From an uncultured Actinomycetota bacterium (lineage in GTDB: Bacteria > Actinomycetota > UBA4738 > HRBIN12), in the NCBI GenBank assembly GCA_963778505.1, contig CAVZUH010000004.1, positions 1,061,633 through 1,125,632 of the forward strand: a stretch of DNA of 64,000 nt. Reading direction: 5' to 3'. The position numbers and the translations under genes are program-made. This document shows positions 20,997 through 35,589 of the stretch, piece by piece; position 1 is the stretch's first letter; each line of letters opens with the position of its first letter. The notes under the pieces are model-generated. The model saw only the letters and a list, made by a program, of their open reading frames with translations, was not told the origin of the DNA and searched no databases.

Positions 20997-22490
20997 TCAC
21001 CATCGCAGAACCGAGGCCTTCTCGATGATCCCGACGATCACGCCGGGGAACACACCTAGCAGCAAGGTCGCGGCGGCCGGCACGACGAGGACGGCTCCGG
21101 CACCGGCTCCGGCGACGGCCCCCATCACCTCGGCGCCTGCGGTCGCCGGCCGATCCTCGGGCTCCTGCATGTACATCAGCACGATCACGCGGAGATAGAA
21201 GAAGGCTGCGGCGACGCTCAGGAGCACGCCGAGCAGCGCGAGCTCCCAGTACCCGGCGCCGATCGCCGCCGAGAAGACGTTCACCTTGGCGATGAACCCG
21301 GCGGTCGGCGGGATGCCCGCAAGCGACAAGAGGAAAAGGGTCATCAGGGCCGCGGCCACCGGGTCGGTGCGCGCCAGGCCGGCATAGTCGGAGATCCGGG
21401 TGCGTTCCTCTCCCCTACCGGATACGAGCATCACGGTCCCGAAGGCACCGACGGTCATCGCGGCGTACGCCACCAGGTAGAAGACCGCGGAACGGATCCC
21501 GGAGGCGCCGGGAGCGGTCAGGCCCGTGAGGATGAAGCCTGCATGGGCGATGCTCGAGTACGCCAGCATGCGCTTCACGTTGGTCTGCGCGATCGCGAGG
21601 ATGCTCCCGAGCACGACCGAGATCGCGGCGAGGCTCCAGATGACCGGGGCCCATTCCCAGGCGAGCGCCTGGAACGCGACGTCGAGCACCCGTATCAGGG
21701 CGACGAAGGCGGCGATCTTCGTCGCCGCCGACATGTACGCGGTCACGGGGGTGGGCGCCCCTTGGTAGACGTCAGGCGTCCACATGTGGAAGGGCGCGGC
21801 CGAGACCTTGAACCCGAAGCCCACCGCGAGGAGCGCGAAAGCGAGGAGCGCGAGCCCTTGCGTCCCAGCGTCTCCCGTGAGCGCAAGCGCGATCGCATGG
21901 ATCTTCGTCGTCCCGGTGGCGCCGTATGCCATCGCCACGCCGTACAGGAAGAAGGCCGAACTGAAGGCACCGAGGAGGAAGTACTTCATCGCAGCCTCGT
22001 TCGCCGCCCGGCGACCGGTGAGGCCGGTCAGCACGTAGAGCGACAGGGAGAGGATCTCGAGCGCGAGGAACGTCACGATGAGATCCGCCGACGCCACGAT
22101 CAGCGTCATCCCCGAGGTGGCGAACAGGAGCAGCGGGGCGAACTCGCCTTTCGGCTCGTCGCCGGATCGCGCGAAGTACTGGTGGCCGAGGATCAGGCCG
22201 AGCGCGGCGACGACGAGCAGGAGCAGCCGCGCGAGAACCGCGAAGCGGTCGGCCGCGACCGTGCCTCCGAGCACGGTCGCGGCCCCGTCCCAGTTCCACA
22301 GCCACAGGCTCGTCGCCCCGGCGATGGCTACGCCGACGAGTCCGATCGAGAGATGCACGAGGGGTTCAGAGCGCTTCGCGAGCGCCTCGTAGAGGAGACC
22401 GACGATCGCGAAGGCCACGAGGAAGAGCTCGGGAAGGAGCGGCTCGAACGCGAGCTCGGGGGTCGGGAGCGCCGCCTGCCCGACCATCAA
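20997..22490 (-). CDS. nuoN: Complex I subunit N
   Basis: GFKVSAAPFHMWTPDVYQGAPTP. Confidence 0.95.
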   Translation of the reverse strand: MMVGQAALPTPELAFEPLLPELFLVAFAIVGLLYEALAKRSEPLVHLSIGLVGVAIAGATSLWLWNWDGAATVLGGTVAADRFAVLARLLLLVVAALGLILGHQYFARSGDEPKGEFAPLLLFATSGMTLIVASADLIVTFLALEILSLSLYVLTGLTGRRAANEAAMKYFLLGAFSSAFFLYGVAMAYGATGTTKIHAIALALTGDAGTQGLALLAFALLAVGFGFKVSAAPFHMWTPDVYQGAPTPVTAYMSAATKIAAFVALIRVLDVAFQALAWEWAPVIWSLAAISVVLGSILAIAQTNVKRMLAYSSIAHAGFILTGLTAPGASGIRSAVFYLVAYAAMTVGAFGTVMLVSGRGEERTRISDYAGLARTDPVAAALMTLFLLSLAGIPPTAGFIAKVNVFSAAIGAGYWELALLGVLLSVAAAFFYLRVIVLMYMQEPEDRPATAGAEVMGAVAGAGAGAVLVVPAAATLLLGVFPGVIVGIIEKASVLRW

Positions 22491-24025
22491 GGCCCGCCCT
22501 CCCCCGTTGCCGACACCCGCGCTGGGTTCCCGACGTCGGTCGTCTGTAGCGGGTCCGGAGCGACACGGGCTATCACGGTCTCGGCGGCCGGATCGATCCG
22601 GTCCGTCAGCAGGCTCGGCATCACGCCGAACACGAGGAGGAGCGCCAGGACCGGCGCCAGGACCACGACCTCGCGCAGGCTCACGTCGGGGAGCGAACGA
22701 TGCTCCTCACGCACAGGTCCGAACGCCATCCGCTGGTAGGACCAGAGGAGATAGATCGCGGCGAGGACGACGGCCGTCGCGGCGAGCGCCCCGAACCAGT
22801 TGCTCACGGCGAACGTTCCGACGATCACGAGGAACTCGCCGACGAACCCGTTCAGCCCGGGCAGACCGGCGGATGCGAACGCGGTGAACAGGAACGCGCC
22901 CATCAGCCACGGCATCCCCGACGCGAGCCCCCCCATCCGATCCAGGTCGCGTGTGTGCGTCCGCTCGTAGACCATGCCCACCAGAAGGAACAGCGCTCCG
23001 GTCGCGAGGCCGTGGTTCACCATCTGCAGCACGCCCCCGGTGACCCCTTGCTGGGTGAACGCGAACACGCCCAGCACGACGAAGCCAAGGTGCGAGACCG
23101 AGGAGTACGCCACGAGCCGCTTGATATCGGTCTGGATCAATGCATTCACAGCGCCGTAGATGATCCCGATCACCGCGACCACGCCCACGAACGTCGCGAA
23201 GTACTTCGATGCCTCCGGGAAGAACACGAGGTTGAAGCGGATCAGCCCGTACGTCCCGACCTTGAGCAGCAGCGCGGCCAGGAGTACGGAGCCCGCGGTC
23301 GGCGCCTCGGTGTGCGCGTCCGGCAGCCAGGTGTGCAACGGCACCAGCGGCACCTTGACGGCGAAGGCGACGAAGAACGCGAGGAAGAGCCACCGCGCCG
23401 TGGTCGCCGGCAGCGCGTCGGTTACGTCGAGCAGCTCGTCGTAGCGGAAGCTCGAGGCGCCGCCCTTCGAGTAGAGGAACAGGATCGCGACGAGAAGGAA
23501 CGCCGAGCCCGCCATCGTGAACAGGAAGAACTTGATCGAGGCGTAGACGCGACGCCGGCCGCCCCAGCCGCCGATCAGCAGGTACATCGGGACCAGGAGC
23601 GCCTCGAAGAACAGGAAGAACAGCAGGAGGTCGAGAGCGACGAACGTGCCGATCACCGCGGTCTCGAGGGCCAGCATCGCCGCGAAGAAGCGGCGGACGT
23701 CCTTCATGATCGGCCAGGAGGCGAGGATCGAGACCGGGAACAGGAACGTCGTGAGCAGGACCATCCAGATGCTCACGCCGTCCACGCCCACCGTGTAGGT
23801 GAGTCCGATCGACTCGACCCACCGGGCCTGTTCCACCATCTGGAAGGGCTCTGCCGCGGCGGGATCGAAACGACCCAGGACGATCAAGGAGACGATGAAG
23901 GTGACCAGCGATGCGCCGAGGGCCACCCAGCGCGCGGCTTCGTCCTTGAGGCCGCGACCGCCTGCGAGCACCATCAAAGCGCCCAGGAGCGGCAGGAACG
24001 TCGTGAGGGTGAGGAGCTTGCTCAC
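22487..24025 (-). CDS. nuoM: Complex I subunit M
   Basis: KVPLVPLHTWLPDAHTEAP; GTG at 24025. Confidence 0.95.
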   Translation of the reverse strand: MSKLLTLTTFLPLLGALMVLAGGRGLKDEAARWVALGASLVTFIVSLIVLGRFDPAAAEPFQMVEQARWVESIGLTYTVGVDGVSIWMVLLTTFLFPVSILASWPIMKDVRRFFAAMLALETAVIGTFVALDLLLFFLFFEALLVPMYLLIGGWGGRRRVYASIKFFLFTMAGSAFLLVAILFLYSKGGASSFRYDELLDVTDALPATTARWLFLAFFVAFAVKVPLVPLHTWLPDAHTEAPTAGSVLLAALLLKVGTYGLIRFNLVFFPEASKYFATFVGVVAVIGIIYGAVNALIQTDIKRLVAYSSVSHLGFVVLGVFAFTQQGVTGGVLQMVNHGLATGALFLLVGMVYERTHTRDLDRMGGLASGMPWLMGAFLFTAFASAGLPGLNGFVGEFLVIVGTFAVSNWFGALAATAVVLAAIYLLWSYQRMAFGPVREEHRSLPDVSLREVVVLAPVLALLLVFGVMPSLLTDRIDPAAETVIARVAPDPLQTTDVGNPARVSATGEGGP

Positions 24026-25927
24026 AGCCGGGTGCCCAGCCATAGAAGGACACCGACAGCGCCGACGAACAACCCGAGCGCGTAGGAGCGCACGAACCCG
24101 GTCTGGATGCGGCGTCCGGCGGCGGCCAGCCGCCGGACGCCGCCTCCCAGCCCGTTCACGAGTCCGTCCACGACCTTCACGTCGAACACCTCCGCTGAGA
24201 ACCGGGCGGTGGCGATCCCCGGCTGCACGAACAAGGTGGAGTAGGCGTGGTCGACGTACCAGCCGCTCGCGGCTGCTCGCGGCAGCGGCTGGAGGCGTTC
24301 CCGGAGGTCGAGCCACTCGACTCGGCCGGAGGCGTACACCCACCAAGCGACCGCGAGCGCGCCGAGCGCGATCGCGGTCGCGATCACCGAGAGGGCGAGG
24401 GTCGAGAGCCCCTCGCCGTGCGGCACCGGTCCGGTCACCGGCTCGAGGAACCTCGCGAGCGTGCCCTCCCCCGACGTCGAGAGGAGCAGCCCCGCGAGCA
24501 CCGCGCCGGCAGCCAGCACCACGAGCGGCATGGTCATCACGGGCGGAGACTCGTGGGCGCGTCGGGCCTCCTCGCTCCTGGGGGTACCGAAGAACGCGAG
24601 GAACACGAGCCGGCCGATGTAGAGCGCGGACAGCAGCGCCCCGAGCGTCCCGAGCAGGTAGATCCACGTACGGCCGGAGTGGTTCGCGACCTCGAGGATC
24701 TGGTCCTTCGCGAAGAAGCCCGCGAGCGGAGGATCCCCGCCAATGCGAGGGCACCGATCACGAACGTCCAGCCCGTGATCGGCATCCGACGGATGAGCCC
24801 ACCCATGCGTTGCAGGTCGGTCTCCTCGTGCATGCCGTGCATCACGGACCCGGCGCCCAGGAACATGAGGGCCTTGTAGAACGCGTGGGCGACCAGCATG
24901 AACATCGCGCCGCTGTAGAAGCGCATGCCGGCCGCCATGAACATGAAGCCGAGCTGGCTGATCGTGGAGTAGGCGAGGACGCGCTTGATGTCGTCCTGGG
25001 CGAGGGCGCACGTCGCGGCGAAGAGCATCGTGAGGAGGCCGACGAGCAGGACCACGGTGAGCGCAACTTCGGAGAGCTCGAACAGCGGGGCGCTTCGCAC
25101 GACCAGGTAGACGCCGGCCGTGACCATCGTCGCCGCATGGATCAAGGCGGAGACGGGGGTCGGGCCCGCCATCGCATCGGGCAGCCACACGTGCAACGGC
25201 ACCTGTGCGGACTTCCCGATCGCCCCGGCGAACAAGAGAAGGGAGATCGCCGTCGCGGTCCCTTTCGCGATCGTGTTGCCGGGCGCGCCCAAGACTGCAC
25301 CGAAGTCGAGCGTGCCGAACCTCGCGACGATGAGCGCGAGACCGATCAGCATCAGGGTGTCGCCGATCCTGGTGGTGATGAAGGCCTTCTTCGCGGCGGT
25401 CGCGTTCTCCGTTCTCTCGAACCAGAACCCGATCAGGAGGTACGAGCAGAGCCCGACACCCTCCCACCCGACGTAGAGGACGAGGTAGTTGTCCGCGAGG
25501 ACGAGGAGCAACATGAAGAACACGAACAGGTTCAGGTACGCGAAGAAGCGCCCGTAGCGAGGGTCGCCCTCCATGTAGCCGATCGCGTAGACGTGGATCA
25601 GGAGCCCGATGCCGGTGATCACGAGGATCATCACCGCCGATAGGACATCCAACCGAAGATCCGCTCCGACCGTGAACCTCCCGACGGAGATCCAGTCGAA
25701 CAGATGCTCAGTGACGACCCGCTCCTCGGGCGGGGCCTGGAGGAGTTCGCGGACCGACACGAGCGACACCAGGAACGAGAGTCCCACGGCGCCGCCCGCG
25801 ATCAGCCCTGCGAGCTTCCCGGAGACGTCGCCCGACGAACAGGTTCACGATCGCAGCTCGCCAGTGGGATCGCGGGGACGAGCCACAGCCAGGCCATACC
25901 CGACAGCCCGACGCTCGTGTCGTCCAT
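24022..25927 (-). CDS. nuoL: Complex I subunit L (apparent indels)
   Basis: [21 protein letters not shown]; C-terminal IQTGFVRSY in another frame. Confidence 0.9.
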
Positions 25928-26229
25928 CAGCCTGCGAGCCCTCGGCCTCGTCGACGTCCACCGTTCCTCGGCGCCGGTACACGGCCACGATGATCGCGAG
26001 GCCGACGACCACCTCGGCGGCGGCCACCACCATCGAGAAGAACGCCAGCACCTGGCCGTCCAGGCGCCAGATGCATCCGGGAGAACGCCACGAGGGCGAG
26101 GTTCACCGCGTTCAGCTGCAGTTCGATCGACATGAAGATCAGCAGCGCGTTCTTCCGCAGCAGCACGCCGAGCGTCCCCAGCGTGAACAGGACACCCGAC
26201 AAGCACCACGAAGTACGCGATCGGCGTCC

Positions 26230-26233
<4 letters not shown>
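25927..26233 (-). CDS. nuoK: Complex I subunit K (apparent indels)
   Basis: [29 protein letters not shown]. Confidence 0.85.
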
Positions 26234-26804
<571 letters not shown>

Positions 26805-26806
26805 CC

Positions 26807-27311
26807 CTACAGGCCCTCCTTCGCCCCCGGTGTGGTGCCGAGCTCCGGGGGCGGCTCCAGGAGCTGCTCCTTCGTGAGGATCGCGTCCTCGCGCGACGTG
26901 TACGCCATCTCGAAGTAGCTGGTCAGCGTCAGCGCCCGCGTCGGACAGGCCTCGACGCAGAGGCCGCACATGATGCAGCGCAGGTAGTTGATCTGGTAGT
27001 CCTTCGCGTAGCGCTCCCCGGGCGACGTCGGGTTCTCCGGGTCGTTGTCCTCCCCCTCCACCCAGATCGCGTCGGCCGGGACAGGCGAACGCGCAGAGCT
27101 CGCACCCGATGCACTTCTCCAGGCCGTTCTCGTGCCGGTTCAGCAGGTGCCGGCCGGTGTGCGCGCGCTCGGGGATCTCCGCGATCACCTTCGGGTACTC
27201 CTCGGTGTCGTCGGGGCGGAACGTCTGCTTGAAGACCGTCGCCATGCCCTTCAGGACGGCGCCGGTGTCCGCCGAGGAAGCTCCGCTCCCGTCTGCGGTT
27301 CGTCGCGTCAT
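26807..27311 (-). CDS. nuoI: Complex I subunit I (apparent indel)
   Basis: [12 protein letters not shown] and [12 protein letters not shown]. Confidence 0.9.
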
Positions 27312-28433
27312 CGAGTCACCTCCTCCTGTGTCGGTGGTGCGACCGATCGGCAGGAACGAGAGCAGGAGCATCGACGCCGAGCGCGACCGCGGCCCACGTC
27401 AACACGGTCCCACGGTCGAGATCGAGCTGATCCGGGAGCACGACGATCGCGCCGGTGATCAGGACCCACACGAGCCCGAACGGGATCAGGACCTTCCAGC
27501 CGAACGCCATCAGCCGGTCGTAGCGGACCCGCGGGAGCGTGCCGCGGATCAGGACGAAGACGTAGATGACGAGCGTGACCTTGAACAGGAACCACAGGAA
27601 CGGCCAGAGCCACGGGAGGAAGTCCGGCGCCGGACCCCGCCACCCGCCGAGGAACAAGCGTCACGCCGATCGCCGCGACCGTCACGGTCGCGACGTACTC
27701 GCCGAGGAAGAACATCGCGAACGTGATGCCCGAGTACTCGGTGTGGAACCCGGCGACGAGCTCCGTCTCGGCCTCGGCGAGGTCGAACGGCGGCCGGTTC
27801 GTCTCGGCGATCCCGCAGATCAGGTACACCACGAACGCGGGGAACATCGGGACCACGTTCCACACGCGATCCTGCGCCGCGACGATCTCGGAGAACGAGA
27901 GGTGGCCGCTGTACATCAGCACGGCGACGAGCGACGAGCCCCATCGCGACCTCGTAGGAGATCATCTGCGCGGTCGAGCGGACGGCGCCGAGGAGCGGAT
28001 AGTTCGAGCCGCTCGCCCATCCCGCGAGCACCACGCCGTAGACGGCGATCGAGGTCATCGCGAGGACCCACAGGATGCCGATGTCGAGGTCGACGAGCTG
28101 CAGCGGGAGCTCCCGGCCGAACAGCGTGATGTCGTCGCCGAACGGGATCGTGCTGAACGCGAGGAACGCCGGGAACATCGCGAGGACGGGGGCGAGCAGG
28201 TAGACCGGCTGGTCCGCGTTCGTCGGGACGATGCCCTCCTTGAAGAAGAGCTTGATCCCGTCGGCGAGCGTGACCAGGATGCCGCGCGGCCCCGCGCGCA
28301 TCGGGCCCTTCCGGGTCTGGAGGTCGGCGATCACCTTCCGCTCGAACCAGATGTAGAGCAGCACGGAGATCAGCAACGCGAAGAAGACGATCACGACCCG
28401 GGCGACCAGCAGGAGCCAGTCGAGCCAGTCCAT
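27308..28433 (-). CDS. nuoH: Complex I subunit H (apparent indels)
   Basis: [32 protein letters not shown]. Confidence 0.9.
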
Positions 28434-30875
28434 CTAGCCCGCACCCCCCGCGCTCGGCCTCGACCGATCGCGCCGTCCGCGGGCGCGTCGACGGTCGACG
28501 TGGCCGTCGATCGAGAAGCGACCGTGCAGGAGCGTGTTCGCCGCGAACCCGGCCTGGTTGAACGGGACGAAGACCGCTCCCTCCGCGACGTGCTCGGTGA
28601 CGCGGACCGGGCAGCGTCGCCTCCCCGGCCGACGGTCGTGACTCGCACGCCGGCCCCGTCGGCGACGCCTGCCGCGCCCGCGTCGTCCGGGTGGATCTCG
28701 ACGAACGGCGTGGTCGGCGAGCGCCGCCTTCAGCTCGTCGGCGCGCTCGGACAGCCGGCCCTCGTCCACGAGCAGCGGGTACGTGAAGAGCGACAGAGCC
28801 TCGCGGGCCTCGACGCGGGTCGGCGCAGTCGGCCGGCATCGGCCACGCGCGAGCGCCCGCGTCGCTCGCGGCGCCAGGAGCTGCCCCATCTCCTCGTGGA
28901 GCTCGTCCAGCGTCTCGAAGCCCAGGTCACCGCCGCACGCGAGCGCGAGGCTCGCGAAGATCTCCCAGTCGGGCAGGGACATGCCCGAGCGGATCGCGGA
29001 TACGCGCGGATGCGCTGGCCGCGACCCTCCCACGTGGTCACGTGCCCGTCCTTCTCGAGGAAGGCCGCAGCCGGAAGGAACGCGTCCGCGAAGCGGCTCG
29101 AGCGAGCCGAGCTCGAGCGACTGCACGACCTTGACGCGGCACGTTCTGCAGCGCCCGCCGGGCGAGCGCCGCGTCCGGGTAAGTCGCGGAGCGGGTCGAC
29201 GCCGACCAGGAACAGCACGTCGATCTCCCGGCTCGCGCGCACGCCTCCAGGATCGCCTCGCCAGTCCCGGCCCGGCTCGCGGACGGTCGAGCGGCCCCCA
29301 GACGTCTCGACCTCGGCGCGGTCCTCGTGCGACGTCGACCGCGGCCGCCGGGCAGGAGCGACGGGTGCACGCCGGCGACGAGCGCGCCGCGATCGTTCGC
29401 GCGCCGCGTGACGTACGCGAACCGCGCCCCGGTGTCCGAGGCGAGCGTCGGCGATCACGCCGGCGGTCGGCCGCGCGCCGGGCGCCACCGGCGATCACGA
29501 CACCGCCCTCGGCCCGCGGCGCGGAGCGCCTCGACGGCCTCGATCTCAGGTCGGTGCCGATCCGCCGCCGCCGGCCAGGAGCCACGCCTCGTCGCCCGGA
29601 CGGCACAGGATGTGCTCGGCGACGTCCCAGAGCCGGGTGCGCCGCGGATGGAGCACCACAGATCCGCGCACCTCGCGGCCGCGGCCTTCCGCAGCCGCAG
29701 GTGCAGGATCGGCACCTCCTGCTCGGCGTCGAGCCCGGCGACGAGGATCACCTTCGCTCGCTCGACGTCCCGGTACGTGACGCTCATCGCCGCCGCGCGG
29801 CGATCGCGCCTTCGACGAACCGGGCGCCGTGCATCGCGCCGATGGTCGAGGTCGTTCGTCCGGAAGACCGTGCGCGCGAGCTTGGACAGCGCGTAGTAGT
29901 CCTCGTCCATCAGCCGCCCGCCGGTCAGCACGCCGACGCGCGCGCCGTCGACCCAGCCGGCGATCGTCGTCAGCACCTCGCCGAACGAGGCCGGCTCCAA
30001 CCCGTGGTCGCGGATCAGCGGCGTCGTGACCCGCTCCGGCGAGTCCGGGAACCGGAACGCGTACCGACCCTTGTCGCAGAGCCACGCGTCGTTCACCTCG
30101 TACTCGTCGCGCGCGAGGTGCCGGACGACCTCGCCGCGCCGGATGTCGACGCGGATGTTGCAGCCGGCGGAGCAATGCGGGCAGACCGAGTCGCCGTACG
30201 TCAGGTCGAACGGCCGCGCGGCGAAGCGGTACGGCGTCGACGTCAGCGCCCCCACCGGGCAGATCTGGACCGTGTTCCCGCTGAACGGCGAGCGGAAGTC
30301 CTCGCCGGCCGCGATCGAGACCCGCTCGCCGGCTCCCCGCGCGAAGAGCTCGAGGAACCGGTCGCCCGAGATCTCGTCGCAGAACCGCGTGCAGCGCGCG
30401 CACAGGATGCACCGCTCGCGATCGAGCGCCCACGAGCGGCGACAGCGGGATCGGCTTCGGGAAGACGCGCTTCGCCTCCCGGAAGCGGCTGTCGCCCGGA
30501 CCGTACGCGAGCGCCTGGTCCTGCAGCGGGCACTCGCCGCCCCGGTCGCAGATCGGGCAGTCGAGCGGGTGGTTCAGCAGCAGGAACTCGAGGTTCGCGC
30601 GCTGCGCGTCCGCGACCTCGTCGTCGCTCGTTCTGCGTCTGCACCGCCATGCCCGGCGCGACCGGCACGGTGCAGGACGTGGCGAGCTTCGGCTGGCCCT
30701 CGATCCGGACGTAGCACTGGCGGCAGGCTCCGGCCGGCGCCGAGCAGCGGGTGGTCGCAGAACCGCGGGATCTCGATGCCGAGCTGCTCCGCGGCTCGGA
30801 TGATCAGCGTGCCCGCGGGGACGGTGACCTCCTTGCCGTCGATCGTCAGCGTCACGTCGCTGTGCACCGGGGTGC

Positions 30876-30879
<4 letters not shown>
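28434..30879 (-). CDS. nuoG: Complex I subunit G (many indels)
   Basis: [45 protein letters not shown]. Confidence 0.88.
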
Positions 30880-32171
<1,292 letters not shown>

Positions 32172-32175
<4 letters not shown>

Positions 32176-32751
32176 GACGCCGGCACCTCCTCCAGCCCGG
32201 CGAGCACGCGCGACGCGGCCTTGAAGCTTTCCATCGCGGGGCCGCGCGACGGCTCCGGAACGGAGCCGTCGCGCAGCGCCGCGATCAGCTCCCGCATCCG
32301 CTCGGGCGTCACGCGGTCGTGGTTCGCGAAGTTCACCTGCGCGACGGGGGCGAAGTCGCACACGCCCAGGCATTCCTCCTCGTGCAGCGTGAACAGCCCG
32401 TCGTCCGACAGCTCCTGGCCGTGGCGCATCCCGGCCGCCTCGTGGGCGGCTTCGTAGACGTCCCGGCCGCCGCGGAGCATGCAGGCGAGGTTCGTGCACA
32501 CGCTCACGACGTGCGTCCCGGTCGGCCGCAGGCGGTACATCGTGTAGAAGGTGGCGACGGCCTCGACCTCCGCGGTCGTCCGGCCGAGCAGAGCTCCGCG
32601 ACCTCCCGGAGGCCGTCGCGAGACACGTGCCCCTCGACGGACTGCGCCAGGTAGAGCAGCGGCATGATCGCGGAGCGCTCGCGACCCTCGGGATAGCGGC
32701 CGCAGGATCTCCTTCGCCTCCTCCAGCCGCGTCCCCTCGAAGCACGGTCAT
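32172..32751 (-). CDS. nuoE: Complex I subunit E (apparent indels)
   Basis: [21 protein letters not shown]. Confidence 0.9.
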
Positions 32752-34073
32752 CAGCGATCGACGCCCCCCATCACCGGATCGAGCGAGGCGATCACCGCGA
32801 TCGCGTCGGCGATCAGGCCACCCTCGCACCATCGTCGGGCACCGCCTGGAGGTTCACGAAGGAGGGGTCGCGGATCTTCACGCGGTACGGGCGGTGCTCG
32901 TTGGCGGAGACGACGTAGAAGCCGAGCTCCCCCCGCGGCGACTCGACCGCCGTGTAGACCTCGCCCTCGGGGACCCGGACGCCCTGGGTGACCATCTTGA
33001 AGTGATGGATCAGGGCCTCCATCGACTCCTCCATGATGTGGTGGAGGTACGCCTCGTCGTTGCCGATGCCGTCGGGCCCCACCGAGAGCTTCACCGGCCA
33101 GCCGACCTTCGGGTCCTCGACCATCACGGGGCCAGGCTCCTGCGAGCCGCTCGAGCGCCTGCTCGACGATCCGCAGCGACTCGCGCATCTCCGCGATGCG
33201 GACGAGGTACCGCGCGTACGCGTCCGCCTCGGTGCCGCACGGGCACGTCGAAGTCGTAGGTCTCGTAGCCGCTGTACGGCTCGTCCTTGCGAAGGTCGAC
33301 CGGCGACCCCGGCGGCCCGCAGGATGCGGCCCGGTCACGCCGAGCGCGAGGGCGTCCTCCGCCGAGAGGCTTCCCGACGCCGACGTTGCGCTCGAGCCAG
33401 ATCGGGTTGTCGTTCAGGAGCCGTTCGTAGTCGTCGATCCGCGCCGGCATCGTGTCGAGGAACCTGCGCGATCATGCGCGGCCCGTCCGGCGGCAGGTCC
33501 ATGATCACGCCGCCGGGTCGGATGAAGGAGTGGTTCATGCGAAGCCCGGTGACCGCCTCGAAGATGTCGAGGATCAGCTCCCGTTCGCGGAACCCGTAGA
33601 GCATCACGGAGACCGCGCCGAGCTCCAGACCGCCCGTGGCGACCCACACCAGGTGCGAGGCGATCCGATTGAGCTCGCAGAGCAACACGCGAAGCACCTG
33701 CGCGCGCGGCGAGGCGCCTCGATCCCGAGGAGACGCTCGACGGCCAGGCAGTACGCGAGCTCGTTGAAGAACGGGGAGAGGTAGTCGGCGCGTGTGACGT
33801 ACGCGACGCCCTGTACCCAGGTCCGGTACTCCGTGTTCTTCTCGATGCCGGTGTGGAGGTACCCGACGATCGGCTTGCAACGGATCACGGTCTCGCCGTC
33901 GAGCTCGAGGAGCAGCCGGAGCACCCCGTGCGTCGAGGGGTGCTGCGGCCCCATGTTGATGATCATCGTCTCCTGGCGGACCTCGCCCGTGACGCGGTCG
34001 CGGAGCTCCGGTCGGCGGAACGACCGCGCCGAGCTCGTCGCGAGCCGCGTCCATCTCCTGACCCGCTCGCCAT
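32751..34073 (-). CDS. nuoD: Complex I subunit D (many indels)
   Basis: [40 protein letters not shown]. Confidence 0.9.
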
Positions 34074-34575
34074 CACGGCATCGTCCGTTCGTCGACGGGC
34101 GGGATGAACGCGCCGTGGTACTGCGTGCCGACACCACCGAGCTCCTCGTCCTTGCGCGAGGGGATGCCCCTCCCAATCGTCCGGGAGCAGGATCCGGTCG
34201 AGGTCCGGATGACCGTCGAAGACGATCCCGAACAGGTCCCAGGCCTCGCGCTCGTGCCAGTCGGCCGTCGGGAAGAGCCGGCGTGACCGACGGGACGTGC
34301 GGGTCGTCTGCCGGGAGCCCCACCTTCAGCCGGAGCCGGTGCGCGTGCTCCACGGACCGGAGCTCGTAGACGACCCAGAAGCGGGGCTCCTTGCCCGGAT
34401 GGTCGGTCGCGGTCAGGCTCGAGAGGAAACCGAACGAGAGGTCGGGTTGGTCTCGAAGGCGGAGCAGCGCGTCGACCAGCTCCTCCCGGCCGACGACCAC
34501 CGTGACCTCGTCGCGAGCGAGCCAGACGTCGGCGAAATGCTCCCCGATCCGCCCGGCCAGCTCCGCGGCCTTCAC
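34073..34575 (-). CDS. nuoC: Complex I subunit C (apparent indels)
   Basis: [28 protein letters not shown] across frames. Confidence 0.85.
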
Positions 34576-35084
34576 CGGATCGTCCCCGTCGTCCGCACCT
34601 TCTCCTGCAGCTTCAGGATGCCGAACATCAGCATCTCCGGCTTCGGCGGGCAGCCCGGGACGTAGATGTCGACCGGCACGATCGTGTCGACGCCCTGGAC
34701 GATCGCGTAGTTCGTGAACATGCCGCCGGCGGAGGCGCACACGCCCATCGAGACGACCCACTTCGGCTCGGCCATCTGGTCGTAGACCCGACGGAGGACC
34801 GGCGCCATCTTCTGGGACACGCGGCCGGCGACGATCATCAGGTCCGCCTGGCGCGGCGAGGCCCGGAACAGCTCCATCCCCCAGCGGGAGAGGTCGTATC
34901 GCCCGGCGCCGGCGGACATCATCTCGATCGCGCAGCAGGCGAGCCCGAACGTCGCCGGCCACATCGACTGCTTCCGCGCCCAGCTGACGGCGCGGTCGAG
35001 CGTGGTCAGGAGGACGCCCTTGCGGACCTCGTCCTCGACCTCCTCAGGGGTCTCGCCCGTGAGGTGCCCCTCGTACGCGCTCAA
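34572..35084 (-). CDS. nuoB: Complex I subunit B
   Basis: [27 protein letters not shown]; TTG start in a TTGA overlap. Confidence 0.92.
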   Translation of the reverse strand: MSAYEGHLTGETPEEVEDEVRKGVLLTTLDRAVSWARKQSMWPATFGLACCAIEMMSAGAGRYDLSRWGMELFRASPRQADLMIVAGRVSQKMAPVLRRVYDQMAEPKWVVSMGVCASAGGMFTNYAIVQGVDTIVPVDIYVPGCPPKPEMLMFGILKLQEKVRTTGTIR

Positions 35085-35589
35085 CGGGCACCGAGCGAGC
35101 TCCTCGTCCAGCTCGGTCGACGGAGTGGGGCCTGACTCGTCCTCCTCGTCCCGGAGGTCCGGCGGTGCCGTCGACCAATCGAGCCCGCCCTTCTTCCAGA
35201 CGTAGACGTAGGCCACGAACACGAGCGCGATGAAGACCGCCATCTCGATCAACCCGAACAGTCCGAGCTGCCGGAACGTCACGGCCCACGGGAACAGGAA
35301 GATCGTCTCGATGTCGAAGATGATGAAGAGCATCGCGACGACGTAGAACTTCACGCTGAATCGCTCGCCTCCCGGGAGCCGCACCGGATCGTTGCCGCTC
35401 TCGTAGGCCGAGAGCTTCGGGCGGTTCGGGCGATGCGGTCGGAGCAGTCGCCGACGCTCCCAGCGAGGCCACCGCGAAGACGACGGCGAGCACCGCCATC
35501 AGGACGATGGGCAGGTAGTCGGTCAGTCCCGCCGCGACGACGGAGTCGAGGGATCCGCTCAGACCCACGGACGGCAATCCTACGGTCAC
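35081..35589 (-). CDS. nuoA: Complex I subunit A (apparent indels)
   Basis: DYLPIVLM..., [23 protein letters not shown]. Confidence 0.88.

Noticed and set aside
34572-35384. NuoA-NuoB fusion ORF
   Set aside because: A TTGA stop/start overlap at 35081-35084 matches the operon's usual coupling; one indel in the nuoA tail would create the apparent fusion
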